DNA from: an uncultured delta proteobacterium
GTDB taxonomy: Bacteria > Desulfobacterota > Binatia > UBA9968
DNA: 64,000 nucleotides
Assembly (NCBI GenBank): GCA_963745835.1
Contig: CAVUZH010000024.1
Span: forward strand, 1 to 64,000
Direction of reading: 5' to 3'
Below, piece by piece: positions 9,077-18,614 of this stretch (the first letter of the stretch is position 1; each line of letters begins with the position of its first letter). A model generated the notes under the pieces. That model did no database searches, was not told the DNA's origin, and saw nothing but the letters and a program-made list of their open reading frames with translations. The translations under genes were made by a program, and so were the position numbers.

Positions 9077-10906
9077 TCACCTCCTAGGGTGCCGCAGCTC
9101 CCGAAGCTCAGCCCTTCTTTGCTGCGTTCTTACATTATCAACGGCTCCAACCTTTTTTTCGAAAACCACCCCGTAAATCTCGCGCGCTGCTTCGAGTGAT
9201 ATGAGATGGTCCTCCACGTCGCGCAAAACGAGACTCGGAGATCTTTCTAGCGGATCGCCATAGCCGCCACCACTCGCCATTCTCATGTAGAGCACATCTT
9301 TTTGCCGAAGCTCAAAGTCGCAGTATGGTAGAAGCTCTCCTTCACCTTCGACTTGGCTAAGGGTCTCCACCATCTTTCCGCTTTTTATCCAATCCTCAAT
9401 ATTGGTTTGCTTTTGTAAAATAAGCACACTGGGTGCTCCTGGGTAACCACCACAGATCCCTTGGCCTGAGTTCCTGAGGCCGGCGACGCCAAAAGCGACG
9501 CCCCGAATGAACTCTTTAGGTGCGTCGTGAATCTTAATTAGAGCCTCAGCCCCAGCCCCGCCCCGAAATCGTCCGGCACCCGCCGCATCTTTAATGTGAC
9601 GCCGAAAGAGATAAAGCAGAGGAAAGTTGAGTTCCACCCACTCCACATTATGGCAGGTAAGACCGCCGCCCGAGTTGATACCGTCCCTCGTGGAGGTAGC
9701 ACCATGTCCGTCAAGTTCCAGAAGGGTCGATACGTAGTACTGGCCGTGCTGGTTGATACCAGCGTGTCGAACGCGTCTAGCGCCAAGATTGTTGGCTATA
9801 ATTTCCCGCTTCCACCTTTCGCTCGTCGCGATCATTCGGTTTAGCGCGGAACGCGTCAAGTATTTGACTGATGACATACCCGAAGTAGTGTTTAGTGACA
9901 CTGGTCCTGGGTACGTGACATTGACAATTGTCCCCTCTGGCGCGGTAACCTCGATGGGACGAAGCCCGCCATGGTTCTTTGGAATGTCATAGCCTAACGT
10001 TGAAAGAACAGCCCAGAAGCAAATGCCGTATGTAGCGTGGTAAGGTAGATTGATACCCGTATTTGCTTGAGGATCGGTGCCGGTAAAGTCGAAACAGAGA
10101 AGATCTCTCTGCTTACGCAGTTTGAGTTGGATCTTCCATTTGCTTTTTCCTTGGATAACGGCGGTTTCCTGCCACTCTCCATCCGGGATGTCGGCAATCC
10201 GCCTTCTGAGCACCGACTCTGAATGCCGCATCATCTCTGAGGCAGCTTCTGCTAGCAATTCGGCGCTGTACCGCTCTACAAATTCCCCCACTCTCTCCTT
10301 TGCGACATGGTTCGCCGCAAGCTCACACTTTAAGTCTAGCCCGACCATCAATGGCTGCCTTGTCATATTTATAATCATATCGAAGACATCGCGCCTAAGC
10401 GTCCCTCGGTCCACCAGTTTCACTCCGGGGATTCTTACCCCTTCGTGAAATATCTCGGTGGCTGCCGGCGAGTTGCCTCCCGGGGACATCGCCCCAATGT
10501 CCATGACGTGTACGAAAGTGGCACTCCAGGCCACCAACCGGTCTCGGTGGTGGATGGGGGAAATGACATAGACATCTGACTGATGGATTGCCGCCAGGTA
10601 AGGATCGTTAAGTACGAAAACGTCGTCGGGCTCGATCCTACCGTAGTTTTCGAACCTGTCTATGATGCACTTAACAGCAAAGCCTGCGCACGCTGCATGA
10701 TACGCCATTGTTGTCCCGGCGGAGAGTACATCGCCGTTCGGGAGGTACAGCGCGGCCATATAGTCTTTCATCTGAGTGGTGTTGGCGGTACCCCCTACGC
10801 GCTCAAGTGTGACACCCATTTCCACAGTGATCTGGTTTAGGCGGTGCGACAGTATCTCGAAGGTAATCGGGTCGAGATCTCGTCCTGATATTTTAGAGGC
10901 CAACAT
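9077..10906 (-). CDS. Hydantoinase B/5-oxoprolinase family subunit
   Basis: LDPITFEIL, NDPY..HQSD, HVMDIG, FHEG, GAGRFRGG, GGGYGDPLER. Confidence 0.92.
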   Translation of the reverse strand: MLASKISGRDLDPITFEILSHRLNQITVEMGVTLERVGGTANTTQMKDYMAALYLPNGDVLSAGTTMAYHAACAGFAVKCIIDRFENYGRIEPDDVFVLNDPYLAAIHQSDVYVISPIHHRDRLVAWSATFVHVMDIGAMSPGGNSPAATEIFHEGVRIPGVKLVDRGTLRRDVFDMIINMTRQPLMVGLDLKCELAANHVAKERVGEFVERYSAELLAEAASEMMRHSESVLRRRIADIPDGEWQETAVIQGKSKWKIQLKLRKQRDLLCFDFTGTDPQANTGINLPYHATYGICFWAVLSTLGYDIPKNHGGLRPIEVTAPEGTIVNVTYPGPVSLNTTSGMSSVKYLTRSALNRMIATSERWKREIIANNLGARRVRHAGINQHGQYYVSTLLELDGHGATSTRDGINSGGGLTCHNVEWVELNFPLLYLFRRHIKDAAGAGRFRGGAGAEALIKIHDAPKEFIRGVAFGVAGLRNSGQGICGGYPGAPSVLILQKQTNIEDWIKSGKMVETLSQVEGEGELLPYCDFELRQKDVLYMRMASGGGYGDPLERSPSLVLRDVEDHLISLEAAREIYGVVFEKKVGAVDNVRTQQRRAELRELRHPRR

Positions 10907-13004
10907 GAATCCTCACACTTCGAAACTCATCCAACTCTGCGGTATCGGCGGGGTTGATTACCACGGTGGTATTACGGGTTTCGATGATTGCCGGGCCCGA
11001 AAGCTCCGCACCCGCTCGGAGCTGCTCAAAGTTATAACACGGGGTCTTTACAAATCGCCTTTCTTCCTCGAAATAGACTTCTCTCTCGCTTGAAGCGGCC
11101 GGTTTCGAGAAAGCCTTCTGGAGTAGCTCTTTGTGAATTTTAGGCTTCTTCAGTTCACCGATCGCACTCACCCTAAAGGTCATAATCTCCATACCAGCTT
11201 CGCGATAGCCAGATCCTTTGCCGAAAGCTTGCTCGTAAAGCTCATCGAAACGTTCGGAAAGTTTATCCAAATCGTGTTCGCTTATCTCAGAAATTCCGTC
11301 CGCAAGAGGTACGATGAGCTCATGCACCTGATAACGATAGCGCATGTCGACGCTACGAAGGATTCGGATCTCATCCTCCCGGAAACCAGCAGCTTTAAGG
11401 TCACGGAACCCTATTTCGTACAATGATTGAAAGTTGTCGTTCATCCGTCTCCGGTCAGCTGGCACTATCAGATGATCTGATTTTCCGTATTCATAGACTA
11501 CATCCGAGCTGACGAGACCCGTAGCACTATGAACAGAGGCTGTCTGTGGAATTACAACACGCCGGACTCCGAGATCCGCCGCATAGCGGCTCGCGTGCAC
11601 CGGTGCAGCACCACCGAACGCAAACAACGTGAATTCACGGGGGTCGTGGCCGCGCTCGACCGTTACCTTTCGAATTAGATCGGACATATGCGCGTTGGCT
11701 ATGCGGTAAATACCGCTCGCTGCTTCTGTTACATTCATCCCTAAGTAGCGTGCGATCTTTTCTTCAACGGCTTTGATCGCTGCATCTTTGTCCAGTCTCA
11801 TCCTGCCACCTAAAAAATATGCAGGATTAAGATAACCAAGGATCAAATCGGCATCCGAAACGGTCGGTTCGGTCCCACCTGTACCGTAGCAGACCGGCCC
11901 GGGGCACGCACCCGCTCCCTGAGGTCCCACCTTCAGTAAGCTCGACTCTGGATCGAACCATGCGATGCTCCCACCGCCAGCGCCAATGGATTCCACCCAG
12001 ATCTTAGTTGAGAGCATGTTATAACGCAGGATAACTGGATGGTAATCTCGCTCGATCCGTCCATCTCGGATGAGGCTGACTTTAAAAGTTGTCCCACCCA
12101 TGTCTGTCGTCAGGATATTTGGTTCATTGATCAGGTTCCCGAGAAATTGGCTTCCTACGACCCCGGCCGCAGGCCCAGACTCGATGATCCCCACTGCGTT
12201 TCTGCAGGTAGCTTCGATCCCTAACACTCCACCGTAGGCTTGCATGATCAAGGGATCCCTCTGAAGCCCGTTAGCTTTTAGGAGTTTGGAAAGATTCAAA
12301 AGGTAGGTAGATATTTTGGGCCCGATGTAGGCATTCAGGGCCGTAGTCGCCGTTCGCTCATATTCACCCAGAAATGGGGCCACAACACTAGATAGACTAC
12401 AGAAAATATTCGGATGTCTTTCTCTTAGAAAGTAACCTAATTCCCTTTCGTGAACATCGTTCTTAATCGACCAGAGAAGCACGATTGCTATGGACTTTAT
12501 GCCTTTCGCTAAAAGTCGATCTATGGATTTCGCGGCGTCCATAATGTCCAAAGGGATGAGAATTGTGCCGTTGTAGTCAATGCGCTCGGCCACCTCTTCA
12601 ATGAACGCTCGCGGGACAATCGGAACCGGTTTAGACAACGTTGATATATGAGCCGAATCTTCTTCTGTAAGTCCTTCAGTAATCTTGCCCCTCATCATGA
12701 GTAGTGTATCGGCGAACCCGGACGTAGTCAGTATCCCAGTCGGAGCCCCCGTAAGAGTGAGCAGTGTATTGTCCCCGATTGTACACGCGTGAAAGAAAAG
12801 GCGGGTAGAGCGGAGCAGCTCCTGTTCATTCTGCAATTCTAAATTAAGTGCGGCGTCTCTGACAGAGTCAACGGCTCCAATGGAAAAATCATGAGGTGTC
12901 GACAGAGCCTTGCCAACGGTAACTTTTCCGAACTCATCGACTGCGACGCAGTCCGTAAAAGTGCCGCCGATGTCGACTCCAATAATGTAATTCATCGGTG
13001 ACAA
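10893..13004 (-). CDS. Hydantoinase A/5-oxoprolinase family ATP-binding subunit
   Basis: GVDIGGTFTD, EYERT, SGPAAG, DMGGTT, GAGGGSIA, GPVCYG, FGGA, DMRY..Q; overlaps the B subunit start by 14 nt. Confidence 0.93.
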   Translation of the reverse strand: MSPMNYIIGVDIGGTFTDCVAVDEFGKVTVGKALSTPHDFSIGAVDSVRDAALNLELQNEQELLRSTRLFFHACTIGDNTLLTLTGAPTGILTTSGFADTLLMMRGKITEGLTEEDSAHISTLSKPVPIVPRAFIEEVAERIDYNGTILIPLDIMDAAKSIDRLLAKGIKSIAIVLLWSIKNDVHERELGYFLRERHPNIFCSLSSVVAPFLGEYERTATTALNAYIGPKISTYLLNLSKLLKANGLQRDPLIMQAYGGVLGIEATCRNAVGIIESGPAAGVVGSQFLGNLINEPNILTTDMGGTTFKVSLIRDGRIERDYHPVILRYNMLSTKIWVESIGAGGGSIAWFDPESSLLKVGPQGAGACPGPVCYGTGGTEPTVSDADLILGYLNPAYFLGGRMRLDKDAAIKAVEEKIARYLGMNVTEAASGIYRIANAHMSDLIRKVTVERGHDPREFTLFAFGGAAPVHASRYAADLGVRRVVIPQTASVHSATGLVSSDVVYEYGKSDHLIVPADRRRMNDNFQSLYEIGFRDLKAAGFREDEIRILRSVDMRYRYQVHELIVPLADGISEISEHDLDKLSERFDELYEQAFGKGSGYREAGMEIMTFRVSAIGELKKPKIHKELLQKAFSKPAASSEREVYFEEERRFVKTPCYNFEQLRAGAELSGPAIIETRNTTVVINPADTAELDEFRSVRIHVGL

Positions 13005-13307
13005 CCCTCTTCCGGATTCTCCCTTTTCTTATGGGCTTCTATAATTTACAAATGCGAGCGTAACCCGTTGATAAAGGAACTTCCCGGTCGCTCTGATCGG
13101 CGACGCGCACCTGCTCTATCAATGTTGGCATAAGCGATGCGCCGGACTTGTCGATCGATACCCGTGGGTTAAGCTGAACACAAATTTTTATAGAGCAACT
13201 CCGTTTAGGTAGATGACAAACCGATAGATATAGCCACTAGGCGAACCGATAAAACCATTGTTCGCTCTGCACGCCTGGTCGTTACTGCGGAAAGCCTCGC
13301 CAGCTAT

Positions 13308-15593
13308 TCACTGCTGATGGCGCCTGGCATTTCGCAGGGCACGCCACACCCGTTCCGGCGTTAATGGCAGCTCACGGATCCTCACCCCAGTCGCCCGGGC
13401 AATTGCGTTTCCAATTGCCGGCGCAATGGAAACGATACCAGATTCTCCCATCCCCTTAGCGCCGTAAGGGCCGGGTCCGTCTCTGTTCTCAACCAGGTGT
13501 GATTCAAAAACCGCAGGCAGATCTGTTATAAAGGGTACGCGGTAATCAATTAGGTTAGGATTTAAGAGCTGACCGTTCTCATATAGTAATGATTCAAACA
13601 GCGTGTGCCCTAAACCTTGGATTGTGGCACCTTCATCTTGACCTTCGCACTGAGCGGGATTTATCGCCTTGCCGACGTCCGCGACACTGATATATTTAAT
13701 GAGTTTTACAGATCCGGTCTCAGTATCCACGCTCAAATCCACACCACCCATCCCGGTCTCCCAGAATACCGGCAGCTGCGTGTCCATACCCGCGCCCGGC
13801 CGAATGTAGCCGCGACCAATGAGTTCCCCTCCTGGCATTCCAAAATACAGACCGACAATCTTGCCGTATGAAACTCGTTTCTCACCGCAAATCACTTCTC
13901 CACCTGCTAGCTTGATCCTCTCTCGTTGTGCGTGAAGGACTTCTGCGGCTGCATCGATGATTTGTTGCCTTAGTTCTCGTGCCGCAGATTTTACTGCGTT
14001 TCCCATTACCGTCGTGGAGCGACTTGCGCCGGTCGAGCGGTCGAATGGTGTGGAGTTGGTATTGGTGCCGTGCATAGTGACGTGTTCGACTGGGATGTCC
14101 AACTCCTCAGCCGCGATCTGGCTCAAAACGGTCCGCGTACCCTGACCAACTTCCGTGCTGCCAGCCAGGACCATGACGCTGCCATCTGCAAGTAATCGCA
14201 CCAGGGCTATCGAAACCGGCATCGCTTCTGAATCAGTGACACCGAGGGCGATGCCCAAACCTCGGTTTTCGGTCGTCTTGATCTCTCCCCAGCTGATTCT
14301 CGCGGCAGCTTTTTTTAGTCCGACTGCAAGATCTGCATCCATAGCTTTTGACCCGGCCCTCAGTTCTTCGCCGGGCTTGAGGAGATTTTTCAGACGGAAC
14401 TGCAAAGGATCGATCTGGAGCTTTTCGGCGATGACATCCATATGGGATTCCAGCGGCCAGATTGTCTGCGGACCACCAATGGAACGCATCGAACCGGCTG
14501 GTACCGTGTTGGTATAAACCGCCATGACATCGATTTTACAATGATTGATTCTGTATGGGCCGTGAATACGGTTGGCGGCTCGTTTCGCCACGCGTGGGCC
14601 ATTATCTGCGTATGCTCCGGTGTCCATGATCACTTCAGCCTCACGGGCAATAATGCTGCCGTCCCACTTAACGCCTGTTTTTATCCGACATTTAGCGGAA
14701 TGGCGACGGATAGTCAGCATGGATTCGGCAACGCTTTGGGCTATGCGCACCGGCCGTCCACAGGTTTTTCTCGCTATGGCCACGACCATAGGTTCAATTT
14801 TGAAGTAGGATTTTCCACCAAAGGCACCGCCGACATAAGGCACGACAACTTCAACCTTGGAGTGCGGCAAACCAAACATGTGCGCAATTTCCGCTCTGAC
14901 GAGAAACGGATGGGCAGAGGAAGTCCACAGGGTTATGCCTTGCTGATCGTACTTTGCAACTGTGGTATGCGGCTCCATCGTGTAATGATAGATCATTGGA
15001 AACTCGTACGACTCTTCGATGATCTCATCTGCCTCATTGAAGCCTTTGACGGTGTCTCCCTTCTCGAAATGTTCGTGATGGCAGACGTTTGATCTTCTCT
15101 GTTCGCCAACGCCCCCCATTTCATGAAATTCGCCTACCCCCGCGACACTCTCATGTAGCACTGGAGCGCCTTCAGTTAGTGCATCTTCCACCGTCGCCAA
15201 ACACGGAAGTTCCTTATAGCGAACCTCGATGAGAGAAAGAGCTTTTTCTGCGATCTCACAATTCTCTGCTGCCACGACTGCCACTGGTTCACCCATGTAA
15301 CGGACGTGATCGATGGCGATGAGTGGTCGGTCGCGCAAGCAATGGCCATAAAAAGGGTCAATGTCTTTGAGGTCGTCACGCGTAAGAATCGCGACAACTC
15401 CATCGAGAGATTCAGCTTTCCGCGTATCCACTGATTCGATGAGTGCATGAGGAAAGACGCTGCGAAGGGCCTTGCCTTCAAGCAGACCAGGAAACGAAAA
15501 GTCCCCAGTATATTTTGCTTGCCCCGTAACTTTCTCAACGGCGTCGTGCCGCCTGCTGTTTATACCTACAGTGTCAAAACGATCTTGTGGCAT
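13308..15593 (-). CDS. Xanthine dehydrogenase family molybdopterin-binding subunit
   Basis: EKVTGQAKY, MEPH, VGGAFGGK, SMRSIGGPQ, EVGQG, ASRST, DVGKAINP, GQ.EG, GAKGMGE. Confidence 0.93.
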   Translation of the reverse strand: MPQDRFDTVGINSRRHDAVEKVTGQAKYTGDFSFPGLLEGKALRSVFPHALIESVDTRKAESLDGVVAILTRDDLKDIDPFYGHCLRDRPLIAIDHVRYMGEPVAVVAAENCEIAEKALSLIEVRYKELPCLATVEDALTEGAPVLHESVAGVGEFHEMGGVGEQRRSNVCHHEHFEKGDTVKGFNEADEIIEESYEFPMIYHYTMEPHTTVAKYDQQGITLWTSSAHPFLVRAEIAHMFGLPHSKVEVVVPYVGGAFGGKSYFKIEPMVVAIARKTCGRPVRIAQSVAESMLTIRRHSAKCRIKTGVKWDGSIIAREAEVIMDTGAYADNGPRVAKRAANRIHGPYRINHCKIDVMAVYTNTVPAGSMRSIGGPQTIWPLESHMDVIAEKLQIDPLQFRLKNLLKPGEELRAGSKAMDADLAVGLKKAAARISWGEIKTTENRGLGIALGVTDSEAMPVSIALVRLLADGSVMVLAGSTEVGQGTRTVLSQIAAEELDIPVEHVTMHGTNTNSTPFDRSTGASRSTTVMGNAVKSAARELRQQIIDAAAEVLHAQRERIKLAGGEVICGEKRVSYGKIVGLYFGMPGGELIGRGYIRPGAGMDTQLPVFWETGMGGVDLSVDTETGSVKLIKYISVADVGKAINPAQCEGQDEGATIQGLGHTLFESLLYENGQLLNPNLIDYRVPFITDLPAVFESHLVENRDGPGPYGAKGMGESGIVSIAPAIGNAIARATGVRIRELPLTPERVWRALRNARRHQQ

Positions 15594-15601
15594 GATCAGG
15601 C

Positions 15602-16636
15602 TTACTTCTTAATGCCTAGGATGTCTCTCAGTTTCGCTGCGAGCCCAGGATCGAGCTTAGACATTCGGGCGACGATTCTTTCAATCTCCGTCGGCTCTAC
15701 TGGATCAAGTCCAAGTTTCGCCTGCTTAATTTCGGCAAGAAATTCAGAATCCTTCATCGTCTGTTGGAATGCTTGCTGCATGGTTTTGACAATTCCTTTC
15801 GGCGTGCCCGGAGGCAAGGCAAAAGGGCGAAGAATCGCGCTCTGGTCATGAATTCCGATCTGAATCAGCTGTTTTGCATCTTCTGTTTTCGCCAGATCCA
15901 TCGCCACAGGTACTTGTGCTAGATCGGCCTCAGCTTTTGGTACCGCCTGAATGACGACTCGGGCATCTCCGCTTTCCAAAGCTTTGCTCCACTGCGATTT
16001 CATTACTTCCCAGCCCCAGCACAACCCTCCCACTTCACCGTTTTCCGCGGCAAGGCGGATATCCGCTGTGCCCTTATAGCCAGACACAATCTGCATGGGA
16101 AGACCGAGTGCAGCCTGAAGGACTCTTGGGACATCGTAAGTTTCAGAACCCGGCCCGGTAGCGCCGAGTTTCACGGGAGTCTTGGCGGTCATCCACGCAC
16201 GTAGATCGCTGATTACGGCGGCTTTTGTCAGCGCACAGACCGCGTCCAGTTTGGCTGGAGCTCCAATCCACTCGAATTTCTGCGACTCGAACTGCGCGCC
16301 GGGATTGCCGAGAAGCTGTCCGACCACAACGCCGCCTATGAAGTGACCGATCGTAAGACCATCAGGTTTCGCTTGGTTGTAAGTGTGATTAGCAGCAATC
16401 AAACTGCCAGCGCCCGGCATGTTATCAACGATTATTGTCGGCTTCCCCGGCAGGTACTTGCCCATATGACGAGCTATGGTGCGAGCGTACACATCAAACC
16501 CGCCTCCTGCGGAAAAGCCAACCACGATGCGGACTGTTTTACCGTCAAAATTCGGCTCTTGAGCGAGCGCAGGTGAAAACCTTATCAGCACGAGAACATA
16601 TATGAGCAGAAATATAAGCAGAAAGATTTTATTCAT
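15602..16636 (-). CDS. Tripartite tricarboxylate transporter substrate-binding protein (TctC/Bug)
   Basis: VGFSAGGGFD.YAR, NMPGAG, KPDGLT, GYKG, LPPGTP; signal peptide. Confidence 0.9.
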   Translation of the reverse strand: MNKIFLLIFLLIYVLVLIRFSPALAQEPNFDGKTVRIVVGFSAGGGFDVYARTIARHMGKYLPGKPTIIVDNMPGAGSLIAANHTYNQAKPDGLTIGHFIGGVVVGQLLGNPGAQFESQKFEWIGAPAKLDAVCALTKAAVISDLRAWMTAKTPVKLGATGPGSETYDVPRVLQAALGLPMQIVSGYKGTADIRLAAENGEVGGLCWGWEVMKSQWSKALESGDARVVIQAVPKAEADLAQVPVAMDLAKTEDAKQLIQIGIHDQSAILRPFALPPGTPKGIVKTMQQAFQQTMKDSEFLAEIKQAKLGLDPVEPTEIERIVARMSKLDPGLAAKLRDILGIKK

Positions 16637-16928
16637 TGTTCCTCTCGATCACTGGATCAGCCGGGTCAGTGAGATGCGTTTAATATTAGATAGGCGATGG
16701 TATTCCTTCAGAAGCTTAATAGAGCGGAATCGGTGCATTTGTGAGCAACTCTGATTGTAAACTGGTCTTCTTAATACGGGTCTTTTTTATAGTAATCCGG
16801 GTATATTGATCCTAGAGTGGAGGCGATTTCAAGGAATCGTCGAATCGAAGCCGGAGAGGGGTTTCGCAGCTCCAACCCAAGGCACAGATCAGTTTTACTC
16901 CGCGACTTTCGCCGATCAGAAGCCGAAC

Positions 16929-17453
16929 TTAGGCTTCCGGTTCTAAGGCCAAAGCATCCGCCAATCGTGAAGCAAAAATCATTAGGCCGACCGTTGCTAA
17001 CAGTTCAATAATCTCGCTAGCTGAGAAATGAGCATTGAGCCTAGCGAACAGCTCAGATGTCACCATTTTACCTGAAGAGTTCATTTCGACTGCTAGTTCT
17101 AGTGCGACGGATTCGTTCGACGTCATTGAATCGGTTTTCATGGCTTCGACAGCGAACATCTCCTCTTCGGTCGCTCCACATTTTAGAGCGTAGCGACGAT
17201 GTGAGGCGGTAGAATATTCACATCCGTTAAGATGAGCAACTTTGAATGCGACTTTCTCTTTCAGCTTACGGTCTAAAGTACCGTTGTTCATCACCGCATC
17301 GAAGTAATTTTCATGTGCTTTTAGAATGCTGGGATTATGTGCGAGCACTCGGTACATCGTCGGAATCCGCCACTTGGTTTTTTTCAGCTCTTCAAGAATC
17401 TCTACAATGTTCTTTGGAGCATTGTCCGGATTTACCGGGGTTATTCTTGTCAT
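16929..17453 (-). CDS. Carboxymuconolactone decarboxylase/AhpD family protein (CxxS variant)
   Basis: LAHNP, LDRKLKE.VA..VA..NGCEYSTASH, FSASEIIEL; RBS GAGGGG. Confidence 0.85.
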   Translation of the reverse strand: MTRITPVNPDNAPKNIVEILEELKKTKWRIPTMYRVLAHNPSILKAHENYFDAVMNNGTLDRKLKEKVAFKVAHLNGCEYSTASHRRYALKCGATEEEMFAVEAMKTDSMTSNESVALELAVEMNSSGKMVTSELFARLNAHFSASEIIELLATVGLMIFASRLADALALEPEA

Positions 17454-17509
17454 GGTTTCCCCTCTTACAACCTAATCAGCAATAGATTGAACTAGTTCGC
17501 TCCTTACAA

Positions 17510-18475
17510 TTAATCCTGTGTGAGCGGCACTTCGAGCCCTACACCATGTTGCACCGCAAGTTCATACACTTTGCTCGCCAATGCCACGTCTTCCATTGCA
17601 ACGCCCAGGGATTTGAACAAAGTGATCGATTTCTTATCGGCTCGACCTGAAACTCGCGCAGCTGCAATTTCGCCGATTTCCAGAACCTGTTCCCATCGAA
17701 GATTTCCAGCGGCCACAGCACGAACGAGTTCTGCCGACTCCTGCTTCGCTTGTTCTCGGTTATCAACAGCTATAAGAGCACATCGCTTTATTGCTTCATC
17801 ATCAAGTTCTCGCCTGTCGAGCGCGTTGGACCCGATCGCATTTATATGTGTACCGTCTTGGATCCAACTGCCGAAAATAACCGGCTCCTTAGAAGTGGTT
17901 GCGGAAATAATGATGTCAGAGTTCGCTAACTCCTCTGCTGAACGAGCCGGGATAACCGAGCAATCAATCTTCTCCTCCATTTCTTTGCAAAACGTCTTCA
18001 GATGCACACGGTTCGGACTTAACGCAAACACCTCTTCTATCTTCCTTACAGCTGCGACGGCTAAAAGCTGAGTTTTTGCCTGTCTTCCTGATCCAAAAAG
18101 CCCGACTCTTCTAGACTCCGGCCGGGCGAGGAGTTGAGTAGCAACTCCGGATGCGGCGCCTGTGCGCAATGCACCCATTTGAAAGACTTCTATCAAGGCT
18201 AATATTTGACCACTCTCCGCATCAGAGAGGATAAGGAGACGGCCTGAATTGCTCTTGAAAATAAGTGTTGAAGAAATCTTGACAGCCATTCTCGCCAATG
18301 GAGGAACTATCGCGGATGTTATCCGCAGTGTTCCTGTTGGTAACGACACACATTGCCGCGGTGGATTGATAACTTTGCCTTCACCGCATAATTGGAAGAT
18401 TTCGGCTATAGCTGGTATTGCATCTGAGACGCTTACTAATCTGTCGACGTCCTTTTCGGAAATAAATAGAGCCAT
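17510..18475 (-). CDS. Ornithine cyclodeaminase/mu-crystallin family protein
   Basis: LRTGAASGVAT, GSGRQA, SATTS, HINAIGS, RRELD, ITLFKSLG.AMED. Confidence 0.9.
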   Translation of the reverse strand: MALFISEKDVDRLVSVSDAIPAIAEIFQLCGEGKVINPPRQCVSLPTGTLRITSAIVPPLARMAVKISSTLIFKSNSGRLLILSDAESGQILALIEVFQMGALRTGAASGVATQLLARPESRRVGLFGSGRQAKTQLLAVAAVRKIEEVFALSPNRVHLKTFCKEMEEKIDCSVIPARSAEELANSDIIISATTSKEPVIFGSWIQDGTHINAIGSNALDRRELDDEAIKRCALIAVDNREQAKQESAELVRAVAAGNLRWEQVLEIGEIAAARVSGRADKKSITLFKSLGVAMEDVALASKVYELAVQHGVGLEVPLTQD

Positions 18476-18480
18476 CTAAG

Positions 18481-18567
18481 CTACCTCCCGTTTTGAGAGT
18501 ACACGGTACCGGACCCTTTCATGGTCAGCAATTCGTTAACGTCGTCATTGCTAAGGTAAATAGCCAT
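18481..18567 (-). pseudogene. 28-codon stub resembling the N-terminus of a second ornithine cyclodeaminase-family gene
   Basis: GAAGGAG RBS + MAIYLSNDDVNELLTMK aligns by eye with MALFISEKDVDRLVSVS of the downstream gene, then diverges and stops. Confidence 0.5.
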
Positions 18568-18614
18568 CGCGCTCTCCTTCAACGACATCTCTAATTCATT
18601 GCGCGAACAGATGT

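Noticed and set aside
13126-13140. Sigma54-like TGGCA-N8-GC motif
   Set aside because: It is on the plus strand, pointing away from the downstream minus-strand gene, and no activator gene is nearby.
14442-15092. Long plus-strand ORFs antisense to real genes (also 17520-18071, 43794-44324, 48125-49158, 51007-51522)
   Set aside because: Shadow frames of well-supported minus-strand genes, with no recognisable motifs or RBS.
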